NCBI GenBank assembly: GCA_030324005.1
Contig: JARDVH010000163.1
Coordinates: 59,215,551 to 59,279,550, forward strand
Direction of reading: 5' to 3'
From: Negaprion brevirostris
Taxonomy: Eukaryota
Length of the DNA stretch: 64,000 nucleotides
Part shown: in pieces, positions 1-12,284 of the stretch
How the letters are laid out: the number at the start of each line of letters is the position of its first letter
Numbering within the stretch: the stretch's first letter is position 1
Notes under the pieces: generated by a model
Database searches by the model: none
Told to the model about the DNA's origin: nothing
What the model saw: the letters and a program-made list of their open reading frames with translations, nothing else
Position numbers and translations under genes: made by a program

Positions 1-809
1 TACAAAGGGGTCATTCTACTTCTATGGGCCAAGTTTACAAACTGGCAATTTTTAGGCTATCCTGAGTGACAACCTTTTACTAACTGAAGTCTACTGAACA
101 TCACTGTGCTTGCTGTCTAACATTGATTACACTCAAACAGATCTTCCATCCAAAAAGAAAATGCCTTATAACTTTCCCCACAACTATAGAATTTTCTAAA
201 TCTCTGCTTCAATACTTCCAACAATCATTCCCATTAACTGGAATGCAGTTGGACTGTGCTTCGGCTCACCATACTGTCAGCATAGTCTAGAGAACATGAC
301 CCTATGTCTCCATTTGCACTGGGCAATGGGGCACATCTAAAATAATAAGTCATTTGTAAGGACAGATTGTTTGCATCTGCTGTCATCTCCCCAGAGAACA
401 TTTCCAGAAATGCCCAGACCTTATGGCTTGGCAGCTGGGTGCATTGTCATTTAAATTCTAATTGTGCTTTCTATGCAATTAAAATCATGTTTTGTAACTA
501 TATGTTGTTAATCAGAATTTATTTCAAATCCACTTAATAATCCCATAAGACCAATTAATGATACTAGTGTCATAATCAGAAAACATAAAGGAATATACAT
601 TTAGTATGTAGATATCATCCTGGCTGCTTTATAAAACTATTTGTTGTAATGAACAGATGGCTGGACTGATAAAATGGCTGCAGTCCACCACACAATAATT
701 CTGGAAGTTTCTGAGCCGTTTAAACTCCTGGAATGTAGCAGTCCTTGCACTGTATAAACATTCCAAACAAGCCAGCACAAAAGACATGATGCCTGCACCA
801 ACCAGAAAT

Positions 810-1090
810 GGCGGCACAGTGGTTAGCACTGATGCCTCACAGCACCAGGGACCCGGGTTCAATTCCTGTCTTGGATCACTCTCTCTACAGAGTCTGCATG
901 TTCTCCCCGTGTCTGCGGGGATTTCTTCCTACAGTCTGGAAGACATGCTGGTTAGGTGCAGTGGCTATGCTAAATTCTCCCTCAATGTACTCGAACAGGT
1001 GCTGGAGTGTAGTGACTAGAGGATTTTCACAGTAACTTCAGTGCAATGTTAATGTAAGCCTACTTGTGACCCTAATAAAAATAAAGTTTA
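810..1090 (+). mobile_element. tRNA-derived V-SINE (HE1-like head) with alternative tail type B
   Basis: A/B boxes ggcacagtggttagc and gggttcaattcc, V-core ttctccccgtgtctgcg, tail ggattttcacagtaacttc...cttgtgac..taataaa. Confidence 0.85.
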
Positions 1091-1175
1091 AAAAAAATGG
1101 GCAAAGGCAGAGCTATTTGTGATTTTTCATCTCCAATGTTGTCCGAATGGATCTAATTAGCTGCTCAAAACACAA

Positions 1176-1302
1176 TGGTGGGATTTTATTGCCTCACTCA
1201 TCCTGAAACTGTAAAATCCTGTCCAATGTCAATGGACTTTTCTATGGTCTGTCCCTCACCTGCTCCAATTCCTGAGGCGGGCAGGACAATAAAATTCCGG
1301 CC
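1176..1302. mobile_element. Harbinger-type MITE (~125 bp)
   Basis: TIRs ggtgggattttattg / caataaaattccggcc. Internally similar to the 45643 copy. Confidence 0.6.
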
Positions 1303-2604
1303 AGTGGGTTTTAGCAAAGGGGCCTTATTAGCAGAATGGTTTTACCCAAAACCACCCTGTCAGGTGACCAAGACTTGAGCTGTTTGAATTACTTTAATTA
1401 TACAGTCATTGGGTTTTGTTGTCAATCGCTATTTACCTCAGAAGAAAACTGGGATTCCAGACTCACAGCCTATCACCTAATAGGCAGCAATAAAAAGAAC
1501 TCTGCCCAGGTTTAAATTGCCTGGCTCTCATCTACACTATCAGTACCTATGAAACTAATTCATTTCAACATGTCTTTTTCCATCATGGACATCATCAATT
1601 CAGGAAAAGAGGACCTCTTGAAACAATTTCCAGCCTGCTACCCTCTGAAGGAACCACTGGACTTTTTGATTCTGGACTCTAATTTCCAGAATTACGTCAG
1701 GAATATATATGACTAGCCTTAGAATGTTGAAGTCAAGAAAAACAAAGAGAAACAAGAAGGAAATGGAGAGAAGAAGTAAAAAGAGACATGCGGCACAAAG
1801 GTTTCCACAGTGTCAATGTTAATCATCCTTTGCACTTATGACTGCAATTTACTTCAGTGGTCTCTGGTAGTTAATTTAAAATATCTGACAAGGTCCTCAT
1901 GTAAATAGTTCTGGTTCAATTCTCAGGTCCGCCCAGGTTCAATTCCAGTCTCAGGTAACTGTCTGTATGGAATTTGCATGTTCTCCCCGTGTCAATTGCT
2001 CAAAAACAGAGAGGTTATGGCGCAGCTGTATAAGCTGTTGGTGAGGCCCAGGTCCACCCAGGAATTGAACCCAGGTCCTTGTACACCAATTCATAGAATC
2101 CCTACAGTGCAGGAGGTGGTCATTTGGCCCACTGAGCCTAACTGAAAGCAATCCCACCCTTTGCATTAATCTGTTAGCCACCCTAACACTACAGGGTAAA
2201 CATTTTATTCTAAGCTGAAACCAGAAGTGAGTTTAAGTGTTTAGAAAATGCAGGAATTCCTGTCATTACTCTTAGATTTAAAACAGGAGCGGGAGGGTGC
2301 CAGATACAGCAATAAGGTACTGCTTGAGAGGAACCCGTACTGCAGCTATCAGTTTTAGACTAGGTGTAGTAGAGATGCATAAAATGATGGAGCAGCCCAT
2401 TGTGTCTGTGTCGGATCTTTGGTAGAGTTATCCAATTACCCATTGTTTGGTCCCCATAATAAGACCTGTACGCAACTGGAATCTTTCAAAGTTATGAAAT
2501 GGATTGATTAAGTTGATTCCAATAAATAGGCAAATTCGAAAATTCAAGTCAAACTGAGAATTGAACCAGAACTGAATCTGGAGTACTGTGTACAATTTGA
2601 GAAA

Positions 2605-3105
2605 AGAATATACTGACACTGGAAGGGGTATAGAGGAGAATCACTAGGTTGATCCCAGAGTTGAGAGGGCTGGCTTATGAGGAGAGACTGAGTAGACTGG
2701 GACTATACTCATTAGAATTCAGAAAAATGAGGGGAGATCTTATAGAAACATAAGATTATGAAGGGAATAGAAAAGGTAGAAGCAGGGAGGTTGTTTCCAC
2801 TGATGGATGAAACTAGAACTAGGGGGCATAGCCTCAAAATAAGGGGGAGCAGATTTAGGACATGAGTTGAGGAAGAAATTCTTCACCCATAGGTTTGTGA
2901 CTCTGTGGAATTCCTTGTCCAGTGAAGCAGTTGAGGTACCTCTTTGAATGATTTTAAGGCATAGAGATAGATTTTTGAACAGGAAAGGAATTAAGAGTTA
3001 TGGTGAGCAGGCAGATAAGTGGAACTGAGTCCATCATGATCTTATTGAATGGCGGAGCAGGCTCAAGGGGTCATATGGCTTACTCCTGCTCCTGGTTCTT
3101 ATGTC
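2605..3105 (+). mobile_element. CR1 (HER1-like) LINE 3' fragment, followed by a SINE 3' part (3102-3298)
   Basis: LEGV*RRITRLIPELRGLAYEERLSRLGLYSLEFRKMRGDLIET, then the 3'UTR gaatggcggagcaggctcaagggg...ctcctggttcttatg. Confidence 0.85.
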
Positions 3106-5408
3106 TGCGTGGATTTCCACTGGATGCTCTGGTTTCCTCCCACAATTCAAAGATATGTGGGTTAGATTGATTGGCCATGCTAAACTGATCCTTAGTGTCA
3201 GGGGGATTAGTAGGGTAAATACATGGGATTATGAGGATAGTGGAATTGTTGTCGATGCAGACTGAATGGCCTCTTTCTGCACTGTAGAGATTCTATAATA
3301 AAATACGCAGGACTTGCGTTGGAACAGTTGAGTGTTTTTCAACCTGTACAGGCAGGCACATTAAAGTCCTCCAGACTTCTTTCATACTGATCGGATCTTA
3401 GTTGAGCATCCTCTCTGAAAGGTAGCACTTCAGTGTCACACTGAGGTGTCATCCTGCATTCTGTGAAGCATGCTACAGGACTTGAATGCAAAACCTTCTG
3501 ACTTCAAAGACAAGAGTGTTACCAGCTGTACTAAGCAAATACATTAGTGTTCTGCTCCTCACATGGCTCATCCCAATGGAGGCAATCAAAAAATGCATCA
3601 GGAAAAACAGGCGGGTATTGGAAAAGATGATGTTCAATAAAATAACATAACTAATTCTTCCTGAAGTCCAATACTCCAATGCGCTCTTTGCCCGTTCTCA
3701 CACACTGAGTCCTACATTTCAACTACCCCAACTTTGCCAAGCTCCTTTACTTCCCGTGCCCCACTGAAAAGATTTGTAGTCCATGCCACTACTTTCAAAT
3801 CGCTCCACTTGGCTCAGTAATTCTCTCCAGTTGTACAGCTTTACTTTCACTCCACAATGCCCACTCCATAATTACTGTCTGTCCATCCCTGCCCTCTGAA
3901 CTCAGTCACAAAGTCTGTCTGCCTTTTCACTTCCCACCTTCCCTTTGGGTCACCTTATTATCGCTCCCAAGTCATATCTTATCCTCTTGCTCAGTGTACT
4001 TCCTTGCAATGGATTTAATGAGAATATAAACGAGGATTGCTTTAGAAATACATTTTGTTTCATGAGACTTTGTGAAGGAGCGTGAATAGCAAGTCATTTT
4101 TTTAAAATAGGTTTATAGTATAAATCTCAACTTATAAATAATATGAGAGCAAATGACATAACTTATCACTGCCATTATATTAACTTCTGCTGTCTTGAAA
4201 GAGAAAAGATGTAATAGGATAATAGAATTGAATGTAAAATCAGAGGCTACCCAAGATCAGATAGTTTAGGAGACTAAGTCAAAATATTATTGCCTTTGGA
4301 TACCAGAACTCCACTTGAATTATCTTTTTTCCTATTAGGAACTGGAAATTTGGAACTGAGTCAAATTTCCACAATGCTGTTAATGCACATCAGGACAAAC
4401 AAACTTCATCCAGACAGACAAAGGCTGGTTACTTGTTAATCCCCAGTCAAACTCCTTTTATCTTCAGAAGCATGGTTGAAATTCCACTACCACAGGGGAA
4501 AACAATGTCATTTCACCAGACTTGTTTCTGATCACGGTACCAAATTTTGGTAAGAAAATGAAAAAAAAAGACAAGAGAGAATGTTGCATGAGTTTTATTT
4601 TATGAAACTGAGCTATCTTGCTACACCTCTCCCTATGCTGAAAGAAATGAGAAATTAAGTGCTTAGAGTTCAGTGGAAGGACACAAAACCACTGACAGCC
4701 AAATCAATGCAGTTGGTAATTTCAGAGGCCCTAGCTCTGAACTCTTCCAAAATAGTTCCAAATTTCCTTGCTCTCTTGTCTGCTTCTCCTTAAAACCCAT
4801 TTTCTTGAACAAGCTTTCAATGACCTCCTTAATATCTCTTTCTAGGCAAAGACAATTTTTGTCTGATTATGCCTTAGGAAGTTACTTCGAAACTAAAGGT
4901 ACTTTTAAAATGTAAATCAACGTTGTTAAATCAACTACTTTTCTTGGAAAGGGACTGGTTAGCAGCTCAATATAAAAGGAAAGCTACTCATTCTTATCAA
5001 TTTTAAAACTGTTCCACAATTTCTCGTTGTCACTTTATAATACCAAGTAAATGAAAGTGAAATTTGATATTCACATTACCTCAAAAGCGAGGAGTTGCTG
5101 GGACCAGGGCATTAAAACGGTAAGTGAGGCAGTTGTTGAGATTAACAGGGACTGTGAAGTTGGTTTAATCACAGGCTCAAAGTTGGAAAGTAAGAGGAAA
5201 ACAGGCTTTGTTGCAAGAGTGCAGAGAAGGAGGTGATACTGGAGGAAATAGAGACATATAAACTAATATGAAGAATAAAGAAGATGAGTATTGATTCAAA
5301 ACACATAGATCATGAGGTTGCATGTGATGACAAGCTCCAAAAAGACTGCTGTTGTGTGGGGCGAGGTCAATGTGGAGAATGAGATGGAACTGCATGGAAA
5401 TTGGCTGT

Positions 5409-5700
5409 AAATCATAGAATCCCGACAGTGCAGAAAGAGGCCACAATGCCACCCAGGCCCTATCCCTGTAAACCTTTGTATTTACACCAGTAGTTCCCCC
5501 TGACACAAAGGGCAATTTAGCATTGCCAATCAGCCTAACTCGCACATCTTTGGACTGTGGGAGAAAACTGGAGCACCCAGATGAAACCCATGCAGACACG
5601 AGGAGAACGCGCAAACTCCACACAGACGCTGACCCAAGCTGGGGATTGAACCTGGGTCCCTGATGCTGTGAGGCAGCAGTGCTAACCACTGTGCCACTGA
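5409..5700 (-). mobile_element. HE1-type V-SINE, full length, CR1-derived tail
   Basis: Reverse complement of tRNA head, V-core and ctgcactgtcgggattctatga tail. Confidence 0.9.
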
Positions 5701-5739
5701 GGCCACCCTAAAAGGCATTTGTCTTTCTCTGTAAGGCCC

Positions 5740-6585
5740 CCTAGAAAAGTTTTGGTCACCTTGCGTAAAGAAGGATATACGTTCAACCGGACTCGTTTTT
5801 GGGGTTGAGTTCAGAAGAAAGAGGGGTGGGGGAGTTCTTGAAATCTATAAAATTTAACAGGACTGGACAGGGTAGATGCAGGGAGGATGTTTCCGATGGA
5901 GGGGAGGGAGTCCAGAACCAGGGGTCTGAGGATTCAGGATAGATCATTTAGGACAGAGGTGAGGAGAAATTTCTTCATCCAGGAATTCACAGAAAGTAGT
6001 TGAGGCCAGAACATTTTATGTTTTAGATATGAGATGTTTGGGATGAAGGGGATCAAAAGATGTGGGCAGCTGGGGGTTGGGGGAAGATGGAATCAGGCTT
6101 GAATAGTCAGCCTGACTTGAGCAGGTCAGAATGGGCCAAATGGCCACCTCCTGCTCCTACTTTCTGTGTTTCTGTGTCACATGCGGAGACCGGGCCTCTG
6201 TTCACTAGAGTTCTGGACAATGAGAGGTGACCTCTTTGAAAGTTGCACAATTCTTCCAGGACCTGACAGGGTGGATGTAGATAAGATGTCCCCCCCCCGG
6301 CTAGTGAGTCTCAAACCAGGAGACACGGGCTCGGAATAAGGGGCAGACCATTTAGCACTGAGACGAGGAGGGATTTCTTCACTCGGAGGGTGCTGAACCA
6401 TTAGAATTTTCTGATCCAGCGAGCTGGGGAAACTCAGTTATTGAGTGTGTTAAAGACAAGTTTCTGGAGACTAATGACATCAGGGGAGAGTGCAGGGAAG
6501 TGGTGTTGTGACAGATGATTAGCCATGATCTGATCAAATTGCCCACTCCCGCTCGGGGGGCCCGCTCCCGCTCCTATGTTGTTGG
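5740..6585 (+). mobile_element. Two tandem CR1 3' fragments
   Basis: Repeated ctggacagggtagatg..gatgttt / gaggagaaatttcttca / ctcctgctcctac motifs. Confidence 0.7.
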
Positions 6586-6653
6586 ATCTTCTCCAACTTT
6601 TTACCTGATCTAAGCATCTATATTTAATGATTGTCTTCCCCTTTCTGCCCTAG

Positions 6654-6731
6654 GATCCATCTCTTCTGAACAACCGCGTGACCTTGCACTATGCCAAGCC
6701 TGGGAGCATACTAGCCCGTCAGGGAGACCAG
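6654..6731 (+). CDS. PNPLA6: PNPLA6 (neuropathy target esterase) exon, 78 nt: [26 protein letters not shown] (cyclic-nucleotide-binding domain region)
   Basis: Acceptor ctttctgccctag|GAT and donor GACCAG|gtgggt, phase 0-0. Matches recalled human [26 protein letters not shown]. Confidence 0.9.
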
Positions 6732-6780
6732 GTGGGTATAGTGACACTTCCCCAAGGATCGGCGGTGCTGAAGCGTTGTT

Positions 6781-7172
6781 AGAAAGAAAAGAAAAACTTG
6801 CGTTTACGTAGCGCCTTTTGCAACCGTGAGACACTGCCAGAAATGCTTTGCAGCCAGTGAAATGTCTGTAATTTAGTCTCTGTTGCCTGCCAGTTTGTGT
6901 ACAGCAAAATCCCACGAGCAGTAGTCAGACAAATGAGCCCATGAAGTCACGTTTACGCGTGGGTTGAATGTCATTGAGGAGAACTCTCCTACAGTTCTTT
7001 ATATAGTGTGCTGGGACCTTTTACAGAGAGGGCAGATGGGTCCCTGGACTGAACATTGTATGAAAAGACTGGCAGTATGTCGGCAGTTACAGGAGAGTTG
7101 ATTAGCTGGAGTGGTGTTTGAACCCATGGTCTCTGTTTCTGAGGTGAGAGTGCTATTGGCCAAGCCACAATT
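6781..7172 (-). mobile_element. SacSINE1/DeuSINE-type ancient SINE in the PNPLA6 intron
   Basis: Reverse complement of head (tgtggcttggccaatagcactctcacctcagaa), Deu core (gtaaaaggtcccagcacactata) and tail (ggcgctacgtaaacgcaagtttttc). Confidence 0.65.
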
Positions 7173-7477
7173 GGAACGTCTCTCAGTCTGATAGAAACTA
7201 GAAGCAGGAATAGGCCTTTGGCCCTTGGATTTGATTTGATTTATTATTGCCACATGTATTAGCATACAGTGAAAAGTATTGTCTCTTACGTGCTCTATAG
7301 ACAAAGCATACCGTTCGTAGAGAAGGAAACGAGAGTGCAGGATGAGTGTGTGAGACAGTCATAACTCGGTTTCACCCCCGCCCACCCACAGAGCTGCGCA
7401 GGTTGTGATGCTGTCTTCAACATGCAGCGAGAGATTGGGGTTTTCAGAGGGGTGTTCTCCTGCCGGTTGCAAAATGA

Positions 7478-7672
7478 CACAGTAAGAAGTCTCACAACAC
7501 GAGGTTAAAGTCCAACAGGTTTATTTGGTAGCACGAGCTTTTGGAGCGCTGTTCCTTCTTGATGAAGGAGCAGCACTCTGAAAGCTTGTGCTACCAAATG
7601 AACCTGTTGGACTTTAACCTGGCGTTGTGAAACTGCTTACTGTGCCCACCCCAGTCCAACACCGGCATCTCT
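7478..7672. mobile_element. Palindromic Penelope terminal-repeat hairpin (two inverted pLTR halves) in the PNPLA6 intron
   Basis: cacagtaagaagtctcacaacac...ccttcttgatgaagg...gttgtgaaactgcttactgtg is a long inverted repeat centred near 7560. Each arm carries a decayed hammerhead. Confidence 0.8.
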
Positions 7673-7777
7673 AAGTAGTGATTGCAAAGCACACACTGTT
7701 TAATAGCCAGCCAGTTGTGTGATGCCCCTCTGTGCAGCATGGTGACGTGTGTGTGTTGTAATCTCTCCCCGATGCAG

Positions 7778-7983
7778 GACGTCAGCCTGCACTTTGTGTT
7801 GTCGGGCTGCCTGCACGTTTACCAGCGAATGATCGACAAGGAGGATGACGTGTGCCTGTTCGTCACTCACCCCGGGGAGATGGTGGGTCAGCTCGCCGTC
7901 CTGACCGGGGAGCCGCTGATCTTCACCATCAAGGCCAACCGCGACTGCATCTTTCTCAAGATCTCCAAGTCCGATTTCTACGA
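7778..7983 (+). CDS. PNPLA6: PNPLA6 exon, 206 nt: [68 protein letters not shown](E)
   Basis: Acceptor ctccccgatgcag|GAC and donor TACGA|gtcagt. Continues the 6654 exon in frame. [20 protein letters not shown] and SKSDFYE are PNPLA6-type rather than PNPLA7-type. Codons are GC/CpG-rich. Confidence 0.92.
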
Positions 7984-8084
7984 GTCAGTATTGCCCTGGG
8001 CCCCCTGGCCTCCGGTTAGCCGCCCGCTTGCGCTGCCCCTGGCTGTACTGGCTTGTCTGGTGCCTGGCTGGGATGGGCTTAGCA

Positions 8085-8945
8085 ATATAGAACACAGAAC
8101 AATACAGCACAGGAACAGGCCCTTTGACCCAGCAAACCTGTGTGATGCACATGACACCTTTCTAAACTAAAGACCTTCTTCCTCTGTGCAGTCCATATCA
8201 TTCTATTCCCTCCCTATTCATGTACCCGTCTTGATGCGTCTTAAATGTTGGTATTGTATCTGCTTCTATCACCTCCTCTGACACCTCATTCCAGGCACTT
8301 ACCCTTTCCCCCTCTGTGTAAAAACACTTGCCTCACACATTTCCTTTAAACTTTCCGTCTCAAACCTCATCCCCTGGGGAGAGAGACTCTGTCTATCCAT
8401 GCTTCTCATCATTTTGTAAACCTCTATCAGGTCACCTCCCAGCCTCCGATGTTCAAGTGAAAACAAATCACGTTTGTCCAATCACCCCTCAAAGAGAGAT
8501 ATGCAGAGTCTGCATGTTCTCCAGGTGCTCGGTTTCCTCCCACAGCCCAAATGTGTGAAGCTTAGGTGGATTGGCCATACTTAAATTGACCCTAGTGCCA
8601 GGGGGACTGGCAGGGTAAATATGTGCGGTTACGAGAATAGGGCCTGGGTGGGATTGTGGTTGGTACAGACTCGAAGGGCTGAATGGCTGCCTTCTGCACT
8701 GTAGAGATTCCATGATTCTATAGCCAACCCCCTCCATACCAGGCAACATCTTGGTAAACCTTTTCTATACCTTGTCCAAAGTCTCCACATCTTTCTGGTG
8801 GTGTGGCAACCAGAACTGTAAACAATATTCCAAATGTGCCAAACTGAAGTTCTTTACAGCTGCAGCATGACTTGCCAATTTTTTATACTCTGTGCATGTC
8901 ATACACCGTCTTGACTACTTTGAGTTGCCATTTTCAAGGAACTAT
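8085..8945 (-). mobile_element. CR1 3' fragment
   Basis: ORF remnant LFSLEHRRLGGDLIEVYKMMR. Tail atagaacacagaacaatacagcacagg in reverse orientation. Confidence 0.8.
8500..8720 (+). mobile_element. 5'-truncated HE1-type SINE inserted into a CR1 fragment
   Basis: V-core plus gaatggctgccttctgcactgtagagattccatgattcta tail, interrupting the minus-strand CR1. Confidence 0.8.
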
Positions 8946-9267
8946 AGAAAATAGTGGCAGGCCATTCAGCCCTTCGAGACTCATTCATCATGATCAAGGC
9001 TGACCCTCTATCTCAGTGCCATACTTGCTCTCGTCGCCCTTAGACTCTCAAAATTTATCCAATTCCTCCTTAAATATATTTGTTGATGTGCCCTCCACAG
9101 CCTCCTGTGGCAGAGGATCGTGTAGGTTCATCATCCTCTATTGAGTAAAGCTCCCTACGAGAGTCCCATCTTGTACTGAGACCATGGTGATGGGGGGGTA
9201 AAACAGGAAGCACATGTGTCCCCAGCTCACAAATTGTAGCTAGGTAGGAAATTTTGGGCAGATCAGG

Positions 9268-9562
9268 AGTGGCACAGTGGTTTGCACGGCTGCTTCCCAG
9301 CGCCCGGGACCCAGGTTCAGTACCTGCCATTGTGTAAGAGTTTGCACCTTCTCCCCGTGTCTACGTGGGTTTTCTCCGGGTGCATCAGTTTCCTCCCATA
9401 GTCCAAAGGGCATGCTGGTTAGGTGGATCGGCCTTGCAAAATGTGCGGGGTCATGGGGATAGAGCAGGGAAGAGGGCCTGGGATAGTTACACTATCAGGG
9501 AAACGGTGTAAATGCGATAGACCAAATGGCCTCTTCTGCGTTGTAGGGATTTTATGATTCTG
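9268..9562 (+). mobile_element. HE1-type V-SINE
   Basis: gtggcacagtggtttgcac head, V-core and ctgcgttgtagggattttatgattc tail. Confidence 0.85.
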
Positions 9563-9696
9563 AGGGAATCTTAGAATTCATAGCTGGTTGGAAAAACAGT
9601 CCCGGTAAATCAGCTGCCAGTATTTCTGCGGCCCCTTCAGTAGTCACAAGCTTTCTTATTAAAGCAACTCTCTTCAATAGTGTGGCGATTTCGTAA

Positions 9697-10001
9697 AATC
9701 ATAGAATCCCTACAGTGCAGAAGGAGGACTTTTGGCCCATCGAGTTTGTACCAACAACAGTCCCACCCAGGCCCTATCCCTGTAACCCCACATATTTACC
9801 CCACTAATTCTTCTAACCTACACATTCTGGGACACTAAGGGGCAATTTAGCATGGCCATTACACCTAACCCGCACACCTTTGAACTGTGGGAGGAAACTG
9901 GAGCACCATGAGGAAATGTGCAAACTCTACACAGACAGTGACCCAAGCTGGGAATCGAATCCAGGTTCCTGGCGCAGTGAGGCAGCAGTGCTAACCGCTG
10001 T
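9697..10001 (-). mobile_element. HE1-type V-SINE
   Basis: catagaatccctacagtgcagaagg...gaggcagcagtgctaaccgctgtg. Confidence 0.9.
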
Positions 10002-10254
10002 GAGTGGGCTGCTCTCTCAGGCCCCATTGGTGCAGCTGATAAAGGCTATGAATTGCTCAGTATTTGGTTCCTCTTGGGGAAAATGCCGCCAATTCTTCAA
10101 TCACCCNNNNNNNNNNNNNNNNNNNNNNNNNNNNNNNNNNNNNNNNNNNNNNNNNNNNNNNNNNNNNNNNNNNNNNNNNNNNNNNNNNNNNNNNNNNNNN
10201 NNNNNNGTGCTAACCACTGTGCCATCATGTCGCCCCTGCGGTGGGACATCTAGA

Positions 10255-11032
10255 AACCCAGTGGTTCGGAAAACTTGAGTGGAGGCTGTGTAGCGGGCTT
10301 CCAGTTAGGCGCCATGACCTCCATGTGTCTTCGCCCGGTGGATTTCTGGCACCGTCAGTTCTGCACCAGAAATCAATGCAGAATAAATTATTTAAGTTAT
10401 CATTTACATGTAATTAGCGGGCCGGGGACTGAAGTCTCCGGGCCCACTAGCCTCTCTCCCACTCTGCCAGGAGTATTTCACTCCAGCAGGGTTTACAACA
10501 GCTCCCCAATAATGAGAGGTGGCAGCCTGACTCCAGGTGGTCCCCTGGGCACTGCCCAAGGGGCACCTTGGCACTGTGCACCAGGCATCAGGCAGTGTCA
10601 ATGGGCAGAGCCACTGAGGGGAGGGGGGAGATCAGTGAGGATGGGAATTCCCACTGCCACTTTGCATTGGGATCAGTGGCTGAGGGAGGGAGGCCAGTGA
10701 TCGGGATGTTGGGGGATGGTGGGGTGGGGGTGTCATACAGCCAGCGATGTTGGTTTGCAGGATTGGCCAGCGATCCAGCTGGCCAGTGATTATGGGGCCG
10801 GCATGCACCAATCTCGGCGCTGACAGATCCGAGCATGTGCAGTGGTCCGCTCAGCGCTATATGGCCTCTCCAGCAAGACTGCCTGCCTATTGATTTTTAG
10901 TGTGATTCACGCTATGACGCTGTCACTGAATGTGGAAGATTCATTTTAAAAATCCTGCTGAAAAAACAGCAGGATTTAGTTCAGTTTTTACGTAAATTCG
11001 ACACTTCAAATTTTTTTGGGAGAATCTGAACC
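10255..11032. mobile_element. GC-rich non-autonomous DNA transposon (Harbinger-like)
   Basis: CpG-rich body ending in aaatttttttgggagaatc, the terminus type shared with the local MITEs. Confidence 0.45.
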
Positions 11033-11099
11033 GTGGCGTTTCTCAGCATGAATGAATGTTGGGAAGAGAAATGGCTTTCAGAAATGAGCATGAACACGA

Positions 11100-11560
11100 A
11101 TCCAGGGCAACATCACTGACATTCTTTGAGGGCAAGCTAATGGATGGCAAGAATCTTGTTTGATAATAAGCATTTTGACGAGACGTACAAAGGAAGAGAT
11201 GGAGGAAGGCCCTTTGCCTGAGTAGGAGGGAATCAATGCAGGAGCAATAGAAGGGAGGATACGTATGAGACTCAAGAGAAGTGAGATTGATAGAGAGGTA
11301 GCAAGATTGGGACATTAGCAGTATTGTCTGTGAAGGTAGAGGAAAGCAATAAGGCCATTTATGAAGGTGCTTGATGGGCATATAGCCATGAATGGGGTCA
11401 GGGATTAAGTTGGGCTGATTATAGTCACTTTGGGAGATTGGAAGTGTACAAAAAGCAAGAACAGAAGGGACAAGGCTGAGGAGTAGGCACGAGTTAGAGA
11501 ATGAGGCATGGAAGGTAAGGGTGAAAAGCAATGATAGTCAAGTGTTGGGTGACAAACATT
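11100..11560 (-). mobile_element. Decayed LINE ORF2 fragment (probably L2)
   Basis: Purine-rich, coding-like decayed segment resembling the L2 endonuclease-RT linker. Confidence 0.4.
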
Positions 11561-12284
11561 ATCCAGTCCATACTGATATTGCAGGAATAGTGATGTACTG
11601 CCACATAGAGAACTCTTACCTAAGCTAGATTCATTGCAATTCTGTTGTTTACTGGACTGTGTGCGACTGACCAGTGTACTAATATTTAAGGGTGAAATTA
11701 ATTTACTGGATAATTTTGGTGCAAAGTGTGGAAAACTGCTTTTTGTGCTTTTTTTTGTAAGTTATTGAGGAAGAATTTCAAACTTTTAATACCAAAATAA
11801 TTTCTCAACTGCATGGATATAGTGTTCCCTCTTTCTCAATCTGTTCATTTCATTAGTAAAATTGCCATTTGTCAAGGATGATAGTTGCCTCAAAACTGTG
11901 TCAGTGGACATGTTTAATGATACATCTTGACAGTCCAGCAAATAATATATTCCAACAGAGCAGAGTTTAGGTCTGAGGACTAATCAACTGAGGATTTTTC
12001 CTCATTGAAATTTGTATAATGTCAACAAATTTCTTCATGGTTGTTTTTAATGATAAATTCACTGTTCTGCTTCAAGTCACTGTGCCTAAAATCCTCACTG
12101 TGCTGATATTTTTCACTGGAGATGAATGTATATGAGAATGAATGGCTTAATTGGTTATGTGCAGGTGTCCAATATGTCTATAAATTATGCAGCAACATCA
12201 CTTAAATTGATCTATTATGAACAAAGGACCAAAATGCCTCAAATATGCACATCAGTAATTACTTAGTGAAAGGCAGTTAAAAAG

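Noticed and set aside
810-880. tRNA gene
   Set aside because: The A/B boxes belong to the SINE head, which continues into a V-core and tail with no complete cloverleaf.
5177-5718. Recurrent 60-200 aa ORFs of the MVSTAASQHQGP / AQWLALLPHS type (also 786, 9277, 9818, 43482)
   Set aside because: Chance translations of HE1/V-SINE sequence.
7682-8170. 162-aa ORF as a complete single-exon gene
   Set aside because: Only 7778-7983 is exon, bounded by splice sites. The flanks are intron read-through into a CR1 tail.
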